A DNA stretch of 64,000 nucleotides from Hormiphora californensis. Its lineage: Eukaryota > Animalia > Ctenophora. The stretch is from the NCBI GenBank assembly GCA_020137815.1, contig CM035362.1, forward strand, positions 5,704,001-5,768,000, written 5' to 3'. Below the pieces are notes generated by a model. It was not told the origin of the DNA, did not search any database, and saw only the letters and a list, made by a program, of their open reading frames with translations. Shown here piece after piece: positions 54,823-64,000 of this stretch; positions within the stretch are counted from its first letter, which is position 1, and every line of letters starts with the position of its first letter. Position numbers and translations under genes: made by a program.

Positions 54823-57800
54823 AGAAATAATCCCTTGATGACATCTGATTATGAAGCTTGAGCTGCCCATGAGGACTGTGAGAGTGGGATCGGGACATTG
54901 CATTTTAATTTAGCTCGTTTACATGGTGACTGATCTGCTTCTTAGTTGCAAATCACATTTTGTAAACACCAACTAGTTGGTATTCACAAAATGTGAACAG
55001 CATGTTAGGTAGAGAGTATCGGGTATACTTTTTATTCAATTTGTGCATTGTGCAACTATCTAATAGTTGGCTGCGTGTGAAGGTACTGAAGTACATTTTA
55101 TATAAGTTTCAAATCACTTCGATAATTACTAATAACTACTCTCTCTTACTCACTGTTCGGCTGACTCAGTAGTCGGCAAAAAGAGCCCTTATCAGTCATC
55201 CAGATGCGCATGTTATTTCATTTTCATCAATTCGTCCCATGCAGATAATACAGTTATTGAATAATAGATGTGCTAAGTCTAGTCTGACATTGCATTGATG
55301 GTATCCACTATCCGTATTGCCAATTTCTAGAAACTTAACCAAAACGAAGAAACGTCTAGACGCGTCTAGACGGTCTAGTAGACCCTGCACTGCAGTATGT
55401 TTATGTTGGTGCTTGTGTAAATAAAGTGTTTTTACTTTTTTCGACAGTACAAAAGTATTTTAGAGTTTTACTTGCAGCAGAGCGGAAGTTTTTGAATATT
55501 TGACTTCTGGTTTTTACGTAACGCGCGAAACTCCTTTGGATAAATCGCGCTTACTCATATGCGCGCAACGGTACACAGTTCACGCCGCGCTGGATATTTT
55601 CGTTCCTTCCAACCCCCTTTCTCTCTTCGGCAGCTTCTCTTCGGCTGTCGTTGGCATGCGCTGCAGACCCCAGTCCCCAAGTGCACGCGTTTTCCACGGC
55701 TTCTTTGAGGCTTCTTTGAGGGCCTGTAGTATAGGCCAACGGCTGTCGGAAAGTGATGCCAATCGGTGTTGGGGTTAGTGAATTTGCAAATAAAAAAAAG
55801 TTCCTTCCAACTCTGCACTCAGTGCACTGTGGCCGGCCTTAAAATCTGGGTGTTTTTTAGGGTTAGGGCTAAAGTAGGGCTAGGGTTATTGTTGGGATTT
55901 GAGTTGGGGTTAGGCCTTGACATAAACTTTGAATTAGCCAAAACGGTTAAGAGGTTTAGCGGTTAGAGCCATTTTAGTGAATCAACTTTTTTTGGCAGCT
56001 CGCACCTGTTTGCTAGCATGTTTACTAAACATGCTAGCAAACACACAGATCGTAACGGCGCCCGTGGCTGTTTGGAATGTCAGCATTCACGGTTAGGGTT
56101 AGGACTAAAGTCGGATTTTTTGAAGTTTAACCAATGACATTAATCTAATCTAATTTATTAATCTTATATGTACTGATTACCTTGATTCTTATTCCGTTTT
56201 AATTGGACCGGCAACCCCGGCTTTCACACAAAAAAAAAAGATTTTTTGAAGTTGTCACCCCCCTGGGACCTGGGTGGCGCACGATTTTTTATTTGTGCGT
56301 CGGAAACGTGTCGGAGACTTGTTTTGGCTCTCACGCCTTTGTTTCTTGACCAATTTCGTCAAACAAAAGTTTTACGGACTCACAAAATTATGCTCTTTCC
56401 GGTGATATGCGGTTTTATGCCGTAAAGTGAGAGCAAGTGGGGGCTGTCACGCGCAAATACAACGCTGCGCGTGAAAAGGGGGGTGACAACTTCAAACAAG
56501 AATTATTGCATTATGTATTCATAATGCGGTGTTTCCCTGCCCTCCGTCGACAGGATCAGTATCACACTATCAGTATCACAATATCAAGGCTTGGTCACAA
56601 TGTGAGATGCATGCGTCCTGTATGTATATGCAGTTACACAGCTGTTTTACTCTACCCTCACCCCTTCAGCAACAGTGTTGTGAGCGCCGCGCACAGCTTT
56701 GAAAAATAAGCGTCCTGACATCATATTTCATCAAAACAGTTATTTGATTTTATGAAGGAGCAGTTACTATGCTGCTACCGTGACACACGCGATTTTGACC
56801 ACGCTCGAGTTACTATTTCAAATCCGAGATTTCTAAACCCTTTATGATCTTTTTAGCACACGTGCTAAAACGATCATCCGGGTGGATGCCCTTCGGGCAT
56901 CCACCCGGGCAGGGAAAAAATCCGACTTTACAGTAGTTGGTAGGGTTGGGGTTTGGCGGTTAGAGCCGTTTGTAATCTTGTTTCGGAATTCAGAGCAGGA
57001 TACTTTTTTGGCAGTGTGTATTCGTAAACAGGCCTCCAAACACCCAGATCGTTACGGCGCCCATGATCTCCTCTCGGCTCTCAAGTCTCAACCCGTTCAT
57101 TAATCGCTCATTTGCTGCAAAGCGGGCCATTATCAGTGAAGACGTACCCAAACCTATAGTCTCTATCTGCTAAACACGGCAATTTACCAGTGGTAAGACC
57201 AATACTTGCTAGATAAAAGATGTTGTCAGTTGTGGGATTCAATACGGTGAACTCACGCTGCGTCGTGGCTGACATATAATGTGACGGAAAAGCAGAGGCT
57301 TTAAGTTGTTTATACTGCCTCTTGTTCCCCTCCAAATCAGTGGACAGTGACACAGTGGACAGTCACACAGATAAATGTGTGGTGCGGCTCCGGGTACAAT
57401 AAATTCCCCCAGATATCTGAAGACGTTGCAAAACATTTTGTCGCTTGACACTGTGTCCGTGCTCCGGAATAAAAGGAAAGTATGAACAATTCAAGCAATA
57501 CATACATCAACAAAGAACCATATTATATCTGCTGCAGTTGACTAATGTATTCAATCAGGAGTCTAAAACATGGTACCTTAAAAAGTCCTCGAGTACGACA
57601 TGGAGATAGAGCACAATGCCACAGCCCCCCCCCCCATGCCACACTAAGCGACCTTAAAATAGTGTTTGAAGTTTCCATAAAGCGGGGTATCCTGCCAGAG
57701 GGGGGGGTCCGAGGGTCAAAAAATGTACTTTTCTGAGGTTCACATATATGATTTAACTCGGTGGTAGGAAACTTTTGGGTAGGTTAGCTGCGCACCAAGT

Positions 57801-58130
57801 GTATCAGGAAGCCTTGTTTTTTGAGGTTAACTTTTGACCGAAAATGTAAGTTAACCTCAAAAATCTTGTATTTATGTCGCCTTCACAGATAAAAATGGTA
57901 CCAATCGATAGATCTGATCAAGGAGACCAAATGTTTAAAGTTTCAGAGGTCTAAGCCATATAGTTGTTCGGATATTTGAGGTTAACTTATCGCCCAAAAA
58001 ACAACCTTTTTGGTCTTTTTTCACACCTTACTTTTCAAATCGCCACTACATTCAGCTCATAAACGGCTAAGAGTTGGGCCTTGAAATTTGGCAGGCATGA
58101 TCCTTAGATAATAAACTGTGCTTTGAGTGT

Positions 58131-59433
58131 TGTTGTTGTTGTTGTATGCGCCTCCGCTTCCAATCCTCTACTTGTGATTTTATCCCGTCCGGCAGCCAGT
58201 TCCTCACGCCCGAGAAGGACGGAGCTCAGGTTTCAGAGTTTCCTCTTTCCCCCGGGAGAGTTTTCTTCCTCCGTCTTATGTCCATGGTTTTGGAGATAAG
58301 GGTGGAATCGTCTCCCATAACTATCTTAACAGGTCCCATGAAGAGGACCGCACCAGCACTGTTTTCACATTGTGCTAGTCTCGGATATCTCCAGCGACCC
58401 TTGGTGAGTGGCATCTCAGCATTGATCGCTCTAGATGTGGCCTTGGCTAGGACAATTCGGACGCTCCATTGACTATGGCACCTTTGTAGATTTTGCGCTG
58501 CCAACCTCTGATTTGTAATCATAAATCAGTACTCCATGTGGGTTCATGGAACATCACTTTTTGTTCGTGATGCAGATGCAGCGTCCGGCCGTTCATGGGG
58601 TAGTTAGGGCAGGTTCCTTCCCAATTAACGGAACTCTGGCGTGTGAAATGTTTAGTGGGTTAGGTATCTATGTGCGTCACTCATAGAAATTTGTTTTGTA
58701 GCATGGGATAGTGGTTTGTTCTGTTTGTTGATCAGGTTTTTGTGGAGGCTTGTTTGTTGGTAGAGAGTGATGATGTTGGTTTGTTACCTTCATCGTTTGG
58801 GGGGTAATCGCCATTTGGGAATCTCCTACGCTTCTCATGGACTTTTGAAGAAGCGTAGGTAGTAGCGAGGCTACTGGTTAGTGTAGTTTCTCCCTGTTGG
58901 GCTACGGAAACACCCCTTGAGTTTATCTCGACCTCGGCGTGGGAATTTTGCCGAGAGTCGGTGGTAGCTAACCAGTTATGACCTAGCTTGTTAGACCTTT
59001 TATACCTGTCCAGAGGCTAGGTGGACAGAAGGTAGAGGGGGGCCAGTTGAGATTAGACCTCCTCCAGCCTGGACTTTTGCTGGAGGACGGGTTTTGGCCG
59101 GTATTTAGCCATCTACTTTGGCCCAGTGCACAAGGCTGGGGAGATGGTGTAATACCGGCCGGGGGGTATCTCTATTCAGAGAGAGATGAGTCATGAGCGG
59201 ATTAGAGAAAGGAAGAGAGAAAAACACACCACCCAAGGAGGGCAGCTCTGTTTCCTTGGAGTGGTATGTGAGATGCTCCAGGCAGTTCAAGAGCTTCATG
59301 GTTTACCCCGGGGTATGCCGGGTCACCCCTGAAGATTCCCTGCCTGGTCTGTAGGACACTATTGCTATCTAAAAAAAATAGACATTAGCCGCGGCCTGCA
59401 TCTCAAGGGCGTGGGAAGGAATCTCACCCTCCC
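58131..59433 (-). mobile_element. Degenerate or internally deleted RTE-like retroelement
   Basis: (CAA)n 3' tail at 58131-58145. 12-bp TSD tgctttgagtgt at 58119-58130 and 59434-59445. The 3' end reads like an RTE C-terminus (GVRNWL...DWKRR). It is inserted in a TIR-bearing element spanning ~57700-59979. Confidence 0.65.
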
Positions 59434-60284
59434 TGCTTTGAGTGTAACGATTTTTGATTGAGGCTTCCGTTCCCAAGATATTGAGGTTAACATATTTCAC
59501 ATCTGATATTTTTTAGACGTTAACCTCAATATCTTGGGAACGGAGGCTCCAATAAAAAATCGTTACACTCAAAGCACAGTTTATTATCTAAGGATCATGC
59601 CTGCCAAATTTCAAGGCCCAACTCTTAGCCGTTTATGAGCTGAATGTAGTGGCGATTCGTAAAAATGTTCCAAGTTATTCACCAAAAGGCTACTTTTTGG
59701 TGAAATATGTTAACCTCTAAATTTAAAGAACTACCAGGTATAACACCATAAAATTGCTCACACATGCTCTCCTTAGTGATACCTTACTTTTAGAACAGTT
59801 TTTATTGTTTCAATACCTGATCTCTAAGAATTAGAGAGGTTAACATTGATTTTGGGCCAAAAGTTAACCTCAATTTTCTCCCTAACAGTGCGCGCAAAAT
59901 CGATTCCGAGTATGTCATCTGGTCCGGCTCTTCGAGCCGGACCAGATACCGAAAGTGACTTTTTATACCCCCGGACCCCATTTTGTCACTTGACACTGTG
60001 TCCGTGTTCCGGAATAAAAAGAAAGTATGAACAATTCAAGCAAAACATACATCAACAAAGAACCATATTATATCTGCTGCAGTTGACTAATGTATTCAAT
60101 CAGGAGTCTAAAACATGGTACCTTAAAAAGTCCTCGAGTACGACATGGAGGTAGAGAACAATGCCACAGCCCCCCCCCCCCATGCCACACTAAGCGACCT
60201 CAAAATAATGTTTGAAGTTGCCATAAAGCGGGGTATCCTGACATCACTGTTTACTGGGTAGACTCTACCCACTAGTTCGAAGAC

Positions 60285-60420
60285 TATCCATGAAAAAGTA
60301 AAGTCATCCCGGATTTTTCTCTAAGACGAGGCCACTGAGGCAAAACATATTGCAGTTGCCATCCGCTTTATAAGCGAGAAAGGAGAGCTGGAGGAATGTT
60401 TGATTGAAAAATGTGAGTGG
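60285..60420 (+). pseudogene. Possible hAT transposase remnant
   Basis: IHEKVKSSRIFL*DEATEAKHIAVAIRFISEKGELEECLI resembles the DE-t-D...iRyv...eE.Fl catalytic block of hAT transposases. Short and interrupted by a stop. Confidence 0.4.
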
Positions 60421-61408
60421 TAGTAGAGGAGCAGCGGGATTCATGAAGGCATACCCATTACCCCTAGGGGATTTTGTTTTTGTTACGTTTGTCTTGAACC
60501 CTCGGCTTGTTTGTGATCGTCTGCAAACTGCGTCTTTTCAGTCGCTTTTTTTAATTTTCAAGCATATCAAGCCTTGTTGTTGTTTTCATACCTTTTTAAC
60601 TCAATATTTGCACCATTGTCCGTGAGTGGGAGGGCAACAATTTTGTTTCTTGTTTGGCCGTTTTACTCATTCTCACCAAAACTTCTCCAACTAGGCCATG
60701 TCTCAAGCACCCAAGACTCATGAAGGTAAGAGAGGGTAGAGAAATAGGGAACTTTGAAATTACAGTGAGGACTAGCCGATATTGTGAAACTTTTCTTTTG
60801 AAGTCTTGAATTCTCGCCCATTTCAATGGGGTGAGAGCGGGCGCGCGTGCAATTTGTATTGCAAATGTGAAAAGTACACATTGACAACATTTGATGAATG
60901 CGCGCGTGTCCCAAGGGCGGTTCTACCGATTCCGACAACAAAACACTCCAATCGGCCCCATATCATAGGTGGTGATCACGGCTCACCATTCTCCAGATAC
61001 GTTTTATCAATTTTGAATTGATACTTGTGACGTCACACAGGTCTTGTGACGTCATCCGAATGCTAATCACCGATCCTTTCAGAGATTGAGGCCCAGGTGA
61101 AGAAGATACAAGCTAAAAACTCCGGAAAGGGCAGCTCCGACGGCGTGAGTACCACCACCTCTTCTTCACACTCAAATGGCACACTCAATTTCACTCATTG
61201 TATACACAAACAAAACAATTTTCACATGTCAAACAATTTAGAAACCACGTCACACAGTGGTTTGGGAACTTTGCCAGAATTAGTTGTTGTGCTTGTGTAA
61301 TTGTGTTTCTTTTGTTCGGGTATATGTAGTTATGATACAAGGAAAGAGGGAGAGAGAGAGAGAGAAAAAGCGAGGGAGGGATGGGGAGAGGGAGGATAAA
61401 GAGAGAGT

Positions 61409-61452
<44 letters not shown>

Positions 61453-61599
61453 GGGAGGGATGGGGAGAGAGGGAGGATACAGAAAGAGAGCACACGAGAT
61501 AGTATTCGCTAAAGCTTCTATGCGATTACTGCAAATATACACTGTGTGTTGTGTGTGTATTCTGTTGTCTAGTTTCCTAACCACATTCTAAACACATCC

Positions 61600-61663
<64 letters not shown>

Positions 61664-61681
61664 TCTCTCTCTCTCTATCTA

Positions 61682-61752
<71 letters not shown>

Positions 61753-62279
61753 GTCCTTTCAATTCACTTTCCCATAAACCACTTTCCCAGTGCTTTAGTT
61801 CTCAACATACCATAATTCTCATCTCATTTTCCGTAACTGAATTTTTCGTAACCGATTCCAATTGTGTTACTCTCTCTCAACTTTCTCTCTCTCTCTCTCT
61901 CTCTCTCTCACTACCCATCTCGTGATTCTGTTAAATCATACGATTGTTGATCTATACACAGTGGAATAAACAGTGAACTCATGTGATTTTAGGATTTTAC
62001 TGCTATAAGTTGCGTGTATTAGTGACTTAGTATCGAGTAATATTATTTTAACATTCATTATCGTTTGATAGTCGTTCTTTTTTCAGCCATGAAATACAGT
62101 TTTAAGCAGGGCTTTTCCTGTGCAACTCTCGTGCCTAATGTCATTGTGTAGATTTATTTCTGTGCTTACTGTCCTTGCATCTCTCCAAGTTTTCCAACAC
62201 CTCTCTGTGTGTATGCATAGTTGATGAGAGATAGATAGAGAAAGAAAGAGAAAGAGGGAGAGAATAAAGAGAGAGAGAG

Positions 62280-62320
<41 letters not shown>

Positions 62321-62341
62321 TAGAGAAAGAAAGAGAAAGAA

Positions 62342-62372
<31 letters not shown>

Positions 62373-63127
62373 GAGAGAGAGAGAATGTCATGTGCAATTT
62401 ACTCAGCTATACATTTCATTCAACGTATGTGTGTGCTTGTCAAATTGTGTCGTTTCTATAATGTAGATCCTCTGGTATAATTCACTTCTCTTATAAAATC
62501 TTCAAAGCGTGTCCCGTTATAATGATTATATTTACTCTTGATACTCTGCTCAGCACAAAGACACGTACGCATGATATATACCGGGTAGAAATCTAAAAAT
62601 TGTTCCCTAATTTAAAACTTCTCGTTATAATACCTATGTAGTTATGGTAGAACATAGAATTTCGCCCTGATCTGTTCTGAGATCTCTTCCTCCCGGGCCT
62701 TTTCCTATTATGTGCTATAATCTTATAATTTTTGTTTGTTTAAGGGGTCGACCCGGTTGTTTGTGTAAACATTGGGCCGTCGTCCGATCCATCTTTACTG
62801 TTCATAACTCAATGCTGCGTGATCTCGCAATATCTCTATCCCTCTCTCTATACTCCCCCTCCTTTAGAACTGGCGGTGAGAGAAAGAATAATAATGTATG
62901 ATTCTTCTTTTCTCACCGCCAGTTCTAAAGGAGGGGAGTATAGCCTCTTGTATGCTTGAGGTATCTTGTAGCACCATTTAACCCTATGTTAAATGATTTT
63001 GTATCTCCTTATATAATGAATGTTCGTATCCTTTTATAACGAATCATTCCCTCCCTTTGTATATCTCACACTACGATTTGAAACTCTCCGATTGTAACAT
63101 TCCCTTTGGTCTCCCTGATTTAGTATC

Positions 63128-64000
63128 ATGTACAGGGTAGCAACCCTCTCCCGGCATGGCCCCCTTGGAGGAACAGTACCCCTGATCACACCCCTTGGAG
63201 CAGTACATCGGACACCCCTGCTGGTCACCATAACCCACAAATCAACCTCCACCGAACCGGTTGTTCTAAACTTTCAGGACACCAAAGCTGCCTATGCATC
63301 AAAATCTACTTTTGAGATTATCAGAGCTCAGCTAGTGTTGAAGATTTGTGGCCAGAGTTTGATAGTAGACAACAACGATAAACTGATGAAGTTTGGTAAG
63401 GCCATTCTGCCGGGTATCCTGTTTGAGCGGTTGATGAAGGCCACATTTTACGGTCAGTTCGTGGGAGGAACAGATGTGGAGGATCTGAGACCTAAACTAA
63501 TGAAAATGCAAGAGTATGGGGTGAAACCCATTTTGGACTACTCTGTTGAGGCAGATCTCGGGAGTGATGAGGCGAGTGAGGAAACAGAGCAACCGGTTAT
63601 TGATCCCGTCTTTCAACAAGACGATATATCCTCAGATAGGAGACAACATAAAATAGTGGCCAGGACCTATCCCTACAAAGGAGAGGAGTCTTGTGAGGCG
63701 AACCTGAAGATATTTACTGAGTGTCTGGAGACTGCCAGGGAAGTGTGCGATGAGGACCCGTTTGCTGCAATCAAAGTCACCGCCCTTAGCAAACCTAATG
63801 CATTGTTGGAGGGTTCTCAGTTCTTGTTTAACATCCGAACACTATTTGAGGAACACAGCACTGCCTACGCCGACACGGTCCCATCCACAGTTAATTTGGA
63901 GTTCCTACCCCGGGATGTTCTCGGTTCCAGGTCTCTTCTTAACATGCATAGGATGACGCGAGATCAGTTCGCAACCCTGACATCCTCCACCACACTAGAT
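63128..64000 (+). CDS. PRODH: Proline dehydrogenase (mitochondrial), 5' part; frame runs off the window
   Basis: 291 uninterrupted codons from MYRVATLSRHG... containing LNFQDTKAAYASKSTFEIIRA, LMKATFYGQFVGG, GVKPILDYSVE, ARTYPYKGEESCEANL and FAAIKVTAL. Absent from the ORF track because there is no stop in the window. Confidence 0.93.
   Translation, partial: MYRVATLSRHGPLGGTVPLITPLGAVHRTPLLVTITHKSTSTEPVVLNFQDTKAAYASKSTFEIIRAQLVLKICGQSLIVDNNDKLMKFGKAILPGILFERLMKATFYGQFVGGTDVEDLRPKLMKMQEYGVKPILDYSVEADLGSDEASEETEQPVIDPVFQQDDISSDRRQHKIVARTYPYKGEESCEANLKIFTECLETAREVCDEDPFAAIKVTALSKPNALLEGSQFLFNIRTLFEEHSTAYADTVPSTVNLEFLPRDVLGSRSLLNMHRMTRDQFATLTSSTTLD

Noticed and set aside
61083-61144. Isolated exon-like segment EIEAQVKKIQAKNSGKGSSDG (cag...gtgagt)
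   Set aside because: Splice signals are plausible, but no partner exons or family could be identified.

Overview
Eukaryotic (animal) genomic DNA rich in introns, microsatellites and MITEs. The dominant ~108-bp repeat matches my recollection of cydippid ctenophore (Pleurobrachia-like) sequence; this is unverified. Hand-spliced gene models give six genes. (1-2) Two divergent bHLH-PAS paralogues in opposite orientation (315-2500 minus; 18439-~21834 plus), each with a ~35-bp minisatellite just upstream of the ATG. (3) A 10-exon GPR180-like gene (11518-23872 minus) whose 4th intron holds the second bHLH-PAS copy antisense. (4) A ~17-exon TSP1/EGF/cbEGF single-pass receptor with a very tyrosine-rich, kinase-less tail (25125-54822 plus). 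(5) A complete GALNS-like sulfatase nested antisense in an intron of that receptor (28559-34972). (6) The 5' part of proline dehydrogenase (63128 to window end). Mobile DNA includes an R4/Dong-type RT plus restriction-like-endonuclease retrotransposon lying between (GA)n tracts, RTE fragments, Kolobok-like and Helentron-like non-autonomous elements, and about 16 copies of an E-box/CCAAT-bearing hAT-type MITE. The most unusual signals are repeated tandem duplication of splice junctions (mostly AG|GT, so potential recursive-splice points), the bHLH-PAS pair with a non-canonical basic region, and the multi-tyrosine receptor. Several stretches look like low-quality consensus, so isolated frameshifts may be assembly errors.
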